Positions 29,703 through 37,886 of a stretch of 64,000 bases of DNA are shown piece after piece. The stretch is taken from assembly GCA_965649225.1 (NCBI GenBank), contig CBFGJX010000001.1:32001-96000 (forward strand). Reading direction: 5' to 3'. The translations under genes were made by a program, and so were the position numbers. The stretch is from a candidate division WOR-3 bacterium. GTDB taxonomy: Bacteria > Hydrothermota > Tepidihabitantia > Tepidihabitantales > Tepidihabitantaceae. The first letter of the stretch is position 1; every line of letters begins with the position of its first letter. Under the pieces are notes generated by a model. It was not told where the DNA came from. It saw only the letters and a list, made by a program, of their open reading frames with translations, and searched no databases.

Positions 29703-30578
29703 ATGGAATGTCGCTGTTGTCCGTTTGCATGTGGTATTGACCGAAAAGTGCAACGCGGTGTCTGTCACGCCGGAACTGACATTGAGATCGCCCTCGCTCA
29801 GCTTCACTTCTGGGAAGAACCGCCGATCTCGGGCACGCGTGGTTCCGGAACGATCTTCTTCACTCACTGCAATCTACGCTGCCGGTTCTGCCAGAATCAC
29901 GATATCTCACAGGGCGGCCGAGGCAGAAAGGTCTCTCCCCAGCGCCTTGAAGAAATAATGCTCGAACTTCAAGCTGCCGGCGCTCACAATATCAACCTTG
30001 TTACCCCGACTCACTATTCCGAGCAACTCCTGCCGGTAATCCAGTCAGCTTCACGCCGTCTCCGAATCCCTTTCGTCTGGAACTCAAACGGCTACGAGGA
30101 ACCCGAGACTCTGTCGCGGTTCGAGGGCCTGATACCGATCTGGCTGCCCGATTTCAAGTACTGGGATGACTCAGCTGCCGCCAACTGCAGCTCGGCTCCG
30201 GAATATTCCCGCCACGCCCGGGCCGCAATCTCCGAGATGTTTCGTCAAGCCGGTCCGTTTCGAAGCGACGAAAATGGCATCGCCCGGCGCGGGGTCATTG
30301 TCCGGCACCTGGTACTGCCTGGCCTCGCCCATGACAGCATTCGAATCCTTGAATGGCTGGCGGACACGTTCGGTGACGAGATTCTCGTCAGCCTGATGGC
30401 CCAGTATTACCCAACCCACCGGGCAAGCGAACTGCCCGGCTTCAACCGCCGGCTGCTGCCGGCCGAATATGAACAGGTGCGCGAGCGATTCATCAGTCTC
30501 GGTCTGGAAGGATTCACCCAGGAATTGGCATCGGCCAGCTCAGACTTTACCCCGGAGTTCGATGGCCGTGGCACTTGA
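29703..30578 (+). CDS. Radical SAM protein, PflX family
   Basis: HFWEEPPISGTRGSGTIFF, CNLRCRFCQN, NINLVTPTH, RHLVLPG. Confidence 0.9.
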   Translation: MECRCCPFACGIDRKVQRGVCHAGTDIEIALAQLHFWEEPPISGTRGSGTIFFTHCNLRCRFCQNHDISQGGRGRKVSPQRLEEIMLELQAAGAHNINLVTPTHYSEQLLPVIQSASRRLRIPFVWNSNGYEEPETLSRFEGLIPIWLPDFKYWDDSAAANCSSAPEYSRHARAAISEMFRQAGPFRSDENGIARRGVIVRHLVLPGLAHDSIRILEWLADTFGDEILVSLMAQYYPTHRASELPGFNRRLLPAEYEQVRERFISLGLEGFTQELASASSDFTPEFDGRGT

Positions 30579-30614
30579 GTTGTCCGACAGTGGTCATGCA
30601 AGACTGAGACGGCT

Positions 30615-30642
30615 TTGACTTGATTTCTTCCGACGATAGACT
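30615..30642 (+). promoter_or_regulatory. Sigma70 promoter of purF, probably leaderless
   Basis: TTGACT, 16-nt spacer, TAGACT, 6 nt before the GTG start; no SD. Confidence 0.55.
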
Positions 30643-30648
30643 GCTACG

Positions 30649-32085
30649 GTGTGTGGCGTAATCGGTATTACGAATCGCCGACGCCCTGCTGGCGCTGAGC
30701 TGGTCGAAGGTTTGCTGGCGCTACAGCACCGCGGACAGGACTCAGCGGGAGTGCTGACTTCCGATGAAACTATCCATCTCAAGAAGGGCAATGGCACCGT
30801 CAGCCGGGTATTCAACGATCGCAATCTCGCCCGACTGACTGGCTGCCAGGGCATTGGTCACGTCCGCTATCCGACTATCGGCCCTGGATCGGCTGAAGAC
30901 GCCCAGCCATTCTACGTGAACCATCCGTACGGCATCGCGATGGTGCACAACGGCAACGTCACCAACTACCTGTCGCTGCGCCGTGAACTTACCAGCCGCT
31001 ACCGCCGTCAGCTCACCAGTTGTTCCGACCTCGAACCAATCCTCAATATCTTTGCCCAGCGTCTTGAGTCGTCGAAACGTCGCTTTGGCGCTGATGCGGT
31101 GTTCGCTGCCGTCGACGAGGTCTTCACCCGGGTCCGGGGCTCCTACTCGGTCATTTCTCTAATCCAGAGTCACGGCTTGCTTGCTTTCCGCGACCCGTGG
31201 GGGATAAAACCGCTGGTATTCGGCCGTCGTGGCCACGATTATGCTTTCAGTTCGGAAAGTGTCGCGTTCGATCGCCTCGGTTTCCAATTGATTCGTGACG
31301 TCAACCCGGGCGAAGCGATACTGATTGATGCCGCGGGACGTGTCCATTGCCGCCAGCTTCGCCCGGCACACCCTCGAACCTGCATTTTCGAATACGTCTA
31401 CTTCGCCCGACCCGACTCGATTATCGACGGCATCGAAGTATACGAAGCACGTCTGCGGCTGGGTGAACGGCTCGCCCGTGAAATACAGAAGCACCAACCC
31501 GAAGTCGATGTCGTCATCGCCGTTCCCGACACAGCCCGCACCGCCGCCGGCTCACTGGCCGAATCGCTCGGACTGCCCCTGCGGGAAGGGCTGATCAAGA
31601 ACCGCTATATTGCGCGTACCTTCATCATGCACGGCCAAGACCGCCGGGCACTGTCCGTCCGCCAGAAACTGAATACCGTCCGGTCCCAGATTGCGGGTCG
31701 CCGGATACTCTTGGTTGACGACTCGATTGTCCGCGGCACCACTTCTCGGGAAATAGTCCAGATGGTACGCGACGCGGGTGCCCGCTTTGTCGCGCTGGCG
31801 GTCACTGCCCCTCCTCTTCGCTTCCCCTGTGTCTATGGCATCGACATGATGACTCGAGGCGAGTTCATCGCCAAAGACCGCTCTCTCGCCGCAATCCGTC
31901 GCGCGATTTCCGCCGATGCGTTGTTTTATCAGAGTTATCAAGGACTGGTGGCTGCGGTTGCCGGCAACCACCCTGATCGCCGATTCTGCACCGCCTGCTT
32001 CAACGGCAGTTACCCGACTCCAATTACCCGTCGCGAGCTTCTTCAGATGGAATCGGAACGAACCCGCTGGACTGCTGGCCCGTGA
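30649..32085 (+). CDS. purF: Amidophosphoribosyltransferase
   Basis: N-terminal MCG, LQHRGQDSAG, CIFEYVYFARPDS, VDDSIVRGTT, FCTACF. Confidence 0.97.
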   Translation: MCGVIGITNRRRPAGAELVEGLLALQHRGQDSAGVLTSDETIHLKKGNGTVSRVFNDRNLARLTGCQGIGHVRYPTIGPGSAEDAQPFYVNHPYGIAMVHNGNVTNYLSLRRELTSRYRRQLTSCSDLEPILNIFAQRLESSKRRFGADAVFAAVDEVFTRVRGSYSVISLIQSHGLLAFRDPWGIKPLVFGRRGHDYAFSSESVAFDRLGFQLIRDVNPGEAILIDAAGRVHCRQLRPAHPRTCIFEYVYFARPDSIIDGIEVYEARLRLGERLAREIQKHQPEVDVVIAVPDTARTAAGSLAESLGLPLREGLIKNRYIARTFIMHGQDRRALSVRQKLNTVRSQIAGRRILLVDDSIVRGTTSREIVQMVRDAGARFVALAVTAPPLRFPCVYGIDMMTRGEFIAKDRSLAAIRRAISADALFYQSYQGLVAAVAGNHPDRRFCTACFNGSYPTPITRRELLQMESERTRWTAGP

Positions 32086-33164
32086 CCACTGCAGCGACCC
32101 TGATTCTTGCCCTCTTTGGCACAATAACTCTCCAAGCCCATGACCGGCCCGGTGACGGCGGTGGTGCCTTAATCGTCAGCTGGTCGGTGACAGGTGATTC
32201 TCTTCCCGAAGGCTGGCACATCCTGCGCCAGGCGGAAGGCGATACCTGGCAGCAGATTGTATTCCTCGGCCCGGTGGCACGAAGCTACCTCGACGAGGAC
32301 GTCTCCGACACCATCCGGTACCGGTATGCTATTGCCGGCTCACACGATCCAAGTCACATCCTGGCCGGACCGACCAACTGGACGAGGAGTTCACCGCAAT
32401 GGTTCGACCCACGCACACTCGGTGCGCTCGTCGGCACCATCATCGCCGCATTCCTGATTCTGCTGTATCTGCGCCGCGCCCGGCGTGGAACAAAACTATT
32501 TGTCCGCCGCATCGCCGGCCTGGACGCAGTCGAAGAAGCGCTCGGTCGAGCCACCGAGATGGGGCGTCCGACCCTCTTCGTGCCTGGACTGTCAACAGTT
32601 TCCGATGTTGCCACCATCGCCGCGCTGAACATACTGGGCGAGGTCGCCAAGCGAACAGCACAATTTGGAACACCGCTGATCGTTCCAGTGGCCGACCCGG
32701 TGGTATATACAGTTGCGCTGGAGACCGCCAAACAGAGCTACACGGCTGCCGGTCGACCCGATGGGTTTGATCCGGGTTCAGTCTATTTCGTAACTGACGA
32801 GCAATTCGCATTTGCGGCAGCAATCGACGGCATCATGGTGCGCGAAAAACCTGCCACCAACTTTCTGATCGGCATGTTCTGGGCTGAATCGCTGATCATT
32901 GCCGAGACCGGCGCCCAGACCGGCGCTATCCAGATCGCCGGCACTGATGCTGTCAACCAGCTACCTTTCTTCATCACTGCCTGCGACTACACCCTGCTTG
33001 GCGAGGAAGTCTACGCAGCGTCGGCCTATCTTTCCCGTGAGCCCCTGCTGCTCGGCGCCATCGCGGGGCAGGACCGTACCAAGTTGCTGATACTGGCGGT
33101 GCTCATACTTCTCAGCCTGCTCAGTATCATCACCGGCCTTGAGCCTGCCCTGATCCTCGGTTGA
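32082..33164 (+). CDS. FN3-like domain plus DUF6754-like membrane protein (paralogue 1)
   Basis: Signal peptide, FN3-like beta domain, TM helix, RRIAGLDAVEEALGRATEMGR domain, C-terminal TM helix. Confidence 0.75.
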   Translation: MTTAATLILALFGTITLQAHDRPGDGGGALIVSWSVTGDSLPEGWHILRQAEGDTWQQIVFLGPVARSYLDEDVSDTIRYRYAIAGSHDPSHILAGPTNWTRSSPQWFDPRTLGALVGTIIAAFLILLYLRRARRGTKLFVRRIAGLDAVEEALGRATEMGRPTLFVPGLSTVSDVATIAALNILGEVAKRTAQFGTPLIVPVADPVVYTVALETAKQSYTAAGRPDGFDPGSVYFVTDEQFAFAAAIDGIMVREKPATNFLIGMFWAESLIIAETGAQTGAIQIAGTDAVNQLPFFITACDYTLLGEEVYAASAYLSREPLLLGAIAGQDRTKLLILAVLILLSLLSIITGLEPALILG

Positions 33165-33173
33165 CCGCGCTAT

Positions 33174-33201
33174 TTGACTGGGCGACACCCGGGAATATAC
33201 T
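33174..33201 (+). promoter_or_regulatory. Sigma70 promoter of the 33240-36531 operon
   Basis: TTGACT, 16-nt spacer, TATACT; GGAGG RBS at 33228 before ATG 33240. Confidence 0.65.
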
Positions 33202-33239
33202 GCCCATCGTTTCATCAATCCGGCTACGGAGGACATAGA

Positions 33240-34325
33240 ATGTTGTTCAGTCTAGCTACCGCTGTCATGTTCTCTCTTACACCGCCGGGTGCGGTCACTG
33301 CCAAAGACCGCCCCAATGACGGCGGCAGAGCGATAATCGTCACTTGGAACCGGGCTTCCGGTCCGGTAACCGGCTACCGTATCCTGCGCCAGCCCGAAAA
33401 TTCACTCGGCTGGGACACCGTCGGTTTTGCCGGTCCCCGAATCGGCCGCTACGTCGACGAAGGTGTGCCGGACAATATTCCCCACCGCTACAAGGTTGTT
33501 GCATTCGCTGATTCGCTGACCGTGGAATCTGAGCCATCGGCCTTGGCCAGTAGCCGCCCGCAATGGTTCAATACCGGCTACATTCCGGCGCTGGTTCTCG
33601 TCTTCATCTTCAGTTTCCTTGTGCTCTGGTTCCTGCAGACTGCAAAACGAGGCAGGAAACTGTTCATACGCCGCATCGCCGGGCTGGACGCAGTTGAAGA
33701 GGCACTCGGCAGAGCAACAGAGATGGGCCGGGCAATTCTCTACGTGCCCGGACTGTCGTCAATCGACGATGTCGCAACGATCGCATCGATCAACATCCTT
33801 GGCGAAGTTGCCAAGAAAACCGCCCGGTTCGGCACTCCGCTGATCGTTCCCAATCGTGACCCGATCGTCTATACCGTTGCGCGCGAGGTGGTCAAAGAAT
33901 CCTACACCGCCGAAGGCCGCCCCGACGCCTTTAACCAGGACATGGTATTCTATGTCACTGATTCGCAGTTTGCGTACGCTGCGGCGGTCGACGGCATCAT
34001 GACCCGGGAAAAACCAGCGACCAACTTCCTCGTCGGCATGTTCTGGGCCGAATCGCTGATACTCGCCGAAACCGGTGCTCTGTCCGGCGCAGTCCAGATT
34101 GCCGGCACCGACGCCATCTCCCAGTTGCCGTTTTTCATTACTGCCTGCGACTACACCCTTATTGGCGAAGAACTTTATGCCGCCTCGGCCTATCTCTCGC
34201 GTGAACCGATGCTGCTGGGAGCAGTTAAAGGTCAGGACTATTCCAAAGCCATAATCCTCGGTCTGATCCTGCTCGGTACACTGCTTGCCACTGTGCTGAG
34301 GATACCGGTCATGCGTATTCTTTAG
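33240..34325 (+). CDS. FN3-like domain plus DUF6754-like membrane protein (paralogue 2)
   Basis: Same architecture as 32082-33164 with a near-identical C-terminal domain. Confidence 0.78.
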   Translation: MLFSLATAVMFSLTPPGAVTAKDRPNDGGRAIIVTWNRASGPVTGYRILRQPENSLGWDTVGFAGPRIGRYVDEGVPDNIPHRYKVVAFADSLTVESEPSALASSRPQWFNTGYIPALVLVFIFSFLVLWFLQTAKRGRKLFIRRIAGLDAVEEALGRATEMGRAILYVPGLSSIDDVATIASINILGEVAKKTARFGTPLIVPNRDPIVYTVAREVVKESYTAEGRPDAFNQDMVFYVTDSQFAYAAAVDGIMTREKPATNFLVGMFWAESLILAETGALSGAVQIAGTDAISQLPFFITACDYTLIGEELYAASAYLSREPMLLGAVKGQDYSKAIILGLILLGTLLATVLRIPVMRIL

Positions 34326-34334
34326 GAGGACAAA

Positions 34335-35003
34335 TTGAAGCGCAGGTTGCCGCTCTTGATAGTTCTTCTCTCTGGCATCTTCGCTGCCTTGGCCTTCGTG
34401 ATACCCCATCCGACAGTGCGGAGTGTCGACGAAGTGTTCCGTAACGACGTATTGCGCATCATCACCGCCTTCAGTCTTGTGCTTGGGATTGGTTCAATTC
34501 TCCGTCATCACCTCATCAAAATAAAGCGCAAAGCCGAGCACTGGCCATTTTCCTGGGTGACGGTGATTTCACTTTTCGTCTCCGCAATCATCGGGTTGCT
34601 GGGTGGTATCGACCCCAACCGTCCGGGAATTCTCCCCACCAGTATCGGCGGTTTCAGTTTTCACATCCAGAATCTCTTTACCAACATCATGGTGCCGCTG
34701 GGCGCCACCATGTTTGCCCTGCTCGCCTTCTTTATGGCCTCTGCCGCCTACCGGGCTTTTCGGGCGCGGAATTTCGAAGCCACCCTGCTGCTGATAGCGG
34801 CTTTCGTCCTGATGATCGGAGCCGTCCCACTTACCCGGGTTATCGCCCGGCCCTTGCCTGCCTTCGCCGAATGGATTCTCGCTGTACCCAACACCGCCGC
34901 TAAACGCGGTATCGGCTTTGGAGTCAGTCTGGGCATCTTCGCGACATCGCTCAAGATACTCTTAGGAATAGAGCGCGGCTGGCTTGGTGGAGGCGGCTCA
35001 TGA
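34335..35003 (+). CDS. Uncharacterised polytopic membrane protein
   Basis: AGGAGG RBS; about 6 hydrophobic segments; LLAFFMASAAYRAFRAR, PNTAAKRGI. Confidence 0.8.
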   Translation: MKRRLPLLIVLLSGIFAALAFVIPHPTVRSVDEVFRNDVLRIITAFSLVLGIGSILRHHLIKIKRKAEHWPFSWVTVISLFVSAIIGLLGGIDPNRPGILPTSIGGFSFHIQNLFTNIMVPLGATMFALLAFFMASAAYRAFRARNFEATLLLIAAFVLMIGAVPLTRVIARPLPAFAEWILAVPNTAAKRGIGFGVSLGIFATSLKILLGIERGWLGGGGS

Positions 35004-35905
35004 ACCAATCCCCCAGCCCTGCATCTGGATTCTGGAATCGACTCCAGCGTATCGACCGCCGTTGGATATATGCGGTCATCTGGCTGGTGGTGATGTTACC
35101 GCTCATCTTCCCTTTCAAAATCAAACCCGAAGCCATGCCGCCGGTTTCCCGGCTCTTCTCCTACATCGACACCATGCCCGACGATAAAGCGCTGGTCATC
35201 TCTGTCGACTACACGCCTGACACACAGGCCGAGCTTCACCCGATGACCATCGCCCTTCTGCGACACGCCTTTGCCAGCGGGCGGCGAGTCGGCATGCTGG
35301 CCACATCTGTTTACGGACTTGGGCTCGGCGAGGACGCCCTGCGGCAGGTCTCAGCCGAGTTCAACGCGAAAGCAACAACTCACGACGACTCGATAATCAG
35401 CGGTGAGGATTACGTCTTCTGGGGATGGTCAACACCGTTCGTCACAGTGATGCTCGGCATGGGAGAACGTATCACCAACGTATTCCCCGTCGACTACTAT
35501 GGCGTGAAAACCGAATCGCTGCCTATCACCGGTTTCATCAAGAACTACAATGACATCGGCATAGTGGTATCGATTGCCGGCTCCTCGGTACCCCTGTCGT
35601 GGGTTGCCTACGCCCAGACACAGTTTGGCGTGCGGATTGGCTGCGGGACTACCGCCGTGTCTGCTGCTGATTACTACACCTATCTGAACTCAGGTCAGTT
35701 CACTGGCATGCTCGCCGGCATGCGCGGCGCCGCCGAGTATGAACAGCTCCTGGAAGACAAAATGGCGATGGCCGGAGCTAACCTTTCGTTCCGCCGCAAG
35801 GCCACCGAGGCAATGTCGTCACAAACCGCAGCTCACCTGGCAATCATCATCTTCATAATTGTCGGTAACATTGGTTACTTTCTTTCCCGCCGGAGGCAGA
35901 AGTGA
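35000..35905 (+). CDS. Uncharacterised membrane protein (TM, soluble domain, TM)
   Basis: ATGA overlap with the previous gene; DYTPDTQAEL, GMLAGMRGAAEYE. Confidence 0.8.
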   Translation: MNQSPSPASGFWNRLQRIDRRWIYAVIWLVVMLPLIFPFKIKPEAMPPVSRLFSYIDTMPDDKALVISVDYTPDTQAELHPMTIALLRHAFASGRRVGMLATSVYGLGLGEDALRQVSAEFNAKATTHDDSIISGEDYVFWGWSTPFVTVMLGMGERITNVFPVDYYGVKTESLPITGFIKNYNDIGIVVSIAGSSVPLSWVAYAQTQFGVRIGCGTTAVSAADYYTYLNSGQFTGMLAGMRGAAEYEQLLEDKMAMAGANLSFRRKATEAMSSQTAAHLAIIIFIIVGNIGYFLSRRRQK

Positions 35906-36531
35906 ATATTTCAACTGACCCCTGGGTCTGGATTGCCGCCATCCTGACCCTCGCCGTTTTCTCTTTTCTGTATCGGGAAAACCCGTTCTACCGTTTCGCA
36001 GAACATCTGTTCGTCGGTGTGTCAAACGGCTACGCAATCACATTTTACTGGCACCGGATACTGGTGCCCTACCTGTTTACTCCACTCAGCCGCGGCGAGA
36101 AACTCTGGCTGATACCAATCGCTATTGTCGGAGCTTTCTACTTTGCCCGTTTTATCCCACGAGTATCATGGCTGGTCCGATTTCCGATCGCCATCGCGCT
36201 CGGCTACAGTGCCGGGGCCTCGATTCCGCGCAGCATTCACGCCAACATCCTCGAACAGATCAAAGCGACAATTGTCACCAGGGCCACGTTCGCAAACTGG
36301 CAACAAGGACTGTGGGCAGTGATAATCCTAATCGGCGTCGTCTGCACCATTTCCTACTTCTTCTTCTCCTCAGAACGAAAAGGGATTCTGAAACCCGCCA
36401 GCTATCTGGGTATCGTCTTCATCATGGTCGGATTTGGAGCATCCTTTGGCTACACTGTGATGGCACGCATTTCGCTCTTCATTGGCCGCCTGCAGTTTCT
36501 ACTTGGTGACTGGCTGGGAATCGTGCGCTAG
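35902..36531 (+). CDS. Uncharacterised polytopic membrane protein
   Basis: GTGA overlap; SFLYRENPFYRFAEHLFVG, FGASFGYTVMAR; about 6 TM helices. Confidence 0.8.
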   Translation: MNISTDPWVWIAAILTLAVFSFLYRENPFYRFAEHLFVGVSNGYAITFYWHRILVPYLFTPLSRGEKLWLIPIAIVGAFYFARFIPRVSWLVRFPIAIALGYSAGASIPRSIHANILEQIKATIVTRATFANWQQGLWAVIILIGVVCTISYFFFSSERKGILKPASYLGIVFIMVGFGASFGYTVMARISLFIGRLQFLLGDWLGIVR

Positions 36532-36549
36532 TTGAGCCTTGAAACGCCG

Positions 36550-37044
36550 CTAGTAGGCACGCGCATCCGCACGCTGTCGCCAGCGCCGAAACAGCTCACG
36601 GCACTCATCACCGCTGACACCGGAAACGATCTCGACCTTCAGCTGCGCCAGCTGGCGCAGCTGAAGGTTTGATATCCTTAATTCTCGAAAACCGGCATCG
36701 GCAGCATCGTTGATGGTCGCGCCGAAAACAATCCTGGGTATTTGGGCCCAATGTGCAGCCGCGAAACACATCGGGCACGGTTCGCACGTCGAATAGAGGG
36801 TACAACCCGAAAGACTGATTGTCCCCAGCTTCTGGCAGGCAATACGGATTGCGTTAACTTCCGCATGTGCCGTAGGATCGCTGTCACGCCAGACGGTGTT
36901 TCCAGCACAGGCAATCTGTTGCCCCTCCCAAAAAACCGCCGCCCCGAAAGGCGACTGACCAGTCTCAAGGGCAACTTTGGCAGCAGCAATTGCTGCCGCC
37001 ATTCCCTGTCCATCAACGGGAGTTCTCGTTGTCACCGGTCGCAC
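36550..37044 (-). CDS. Nucleoside/guanine deaminase (cytidine-deaminase fold)
   Basis: PFGA, DPTAHAEVNAIR, CEPCPMC. Confidence 0.9.
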   Translation of the reverse strand: MRPVTTRTPVDGQGMAAAIAAAKVALETGQSPFGAAVFWEGQQIACAGNTVWRDSDPTAHAEVNAIRIACQKLGTISLSGCTLYSTCEPCPMCFAAAHWAQIPRIVFGATINDAADAGFRELRISNLQLRQLAQLKVEIVSGVSGDECRELFRRWRQRADARAY

Positions 37045-37133
37045 GTTGCACTACTAAATTGACTTCTTGCCGAAGTCAAGATTGACTTTGCACTGTTTGA
37101 CAGCACTCCGATCAGCGGTAGCCTTGACAACAC

Positions 37134-37886
37134 ATGAGCAAACCCAGACTCAAACCCCGCCAGCAGCCGCAACGAAGCCGTCTACGGATTTCGACAAAGC
37201 TTACAACCTGGCTTGCCGCAGCGGTCGTCGGCGGAGCCGTACTCTGGCTGCTGGGTTCCTCACTGCTGCGGCCGCCGACCGACTCAACCCCTGTTCCATT
37301 GCTTGTGACGGCCGATCGCGACATCGCGGCCATAACCCGCATGCTGGGCGACATCAGGATCGACAACAGTTTCCCGGCGGCCAAGACCGAATCGCTTGAC
37401 CCGCGCTTGATTGCGGTTGAAAGCCTGATCCGTGAACGTCGCCTCGAGCAGGTCCGACAATCTCTGAATTCGCTGCGTCGGCGCTGCCCGACGGGGATGA
37501 CCGGTCGGCTCCACGCAGTCAGCGGACTTGCCTGGTACGAAAGTGGCCAACCCGATCGTGCTCTTGCTGAATTACGCCGGGCCGCAGACTCTTCAACCGG
37601 CCACCTTGCCGCCTGGAGCGCCTTTGCCGTTGCCTGGCTCTTCCAAAGCCGTGGCTTTGCTGACAGCGCCCTTGTCTGGTATCAGCGAACCCTGACCACC
37701 GCCGATTCAACTTCATTCATAGCTGCCGCCGCCCACAACAACATCGCAGTAGTCCTTGAAAAACGTCGAGAACTCGTCGAGGCTGCAAAGCACTTCGCTG
37801 CTGCGGCCACTGTGATCGATACCGCCGACACGACCACCGATGCTCGAACCCTCCGCGACAATCTGCGCCGACTGTCCCCGTTCTAG
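37134..37886 (+). CDS. Membrane-anchored TPR-like protein
   Basis: One N-terminal TM helix; helical repeats such as AAAHNNIAVVL. Confidence 0.6.
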   Translation: MSKPRLKPRQQPQRSRLRISTKLTTWLAAAVVGGAVLWLLGSSLLRPPTDSTPVPLLVTADRDIAAITRMLGDIRIDNSFPAAKTESLDPRLIAVESLIRERRLEQVRQSLNSLRRRCPTGMTGRLHAVSGLAWYESGQPDRALAELRRAADSSTGHLAAWSAFAVAWLFQSRGFADSALVWYQRTLTTADSTSFIAAAAHNNIAVVLEKRRELVEAAKHFAAAATVIDTADTTTDARTLRDNLRRLSPF

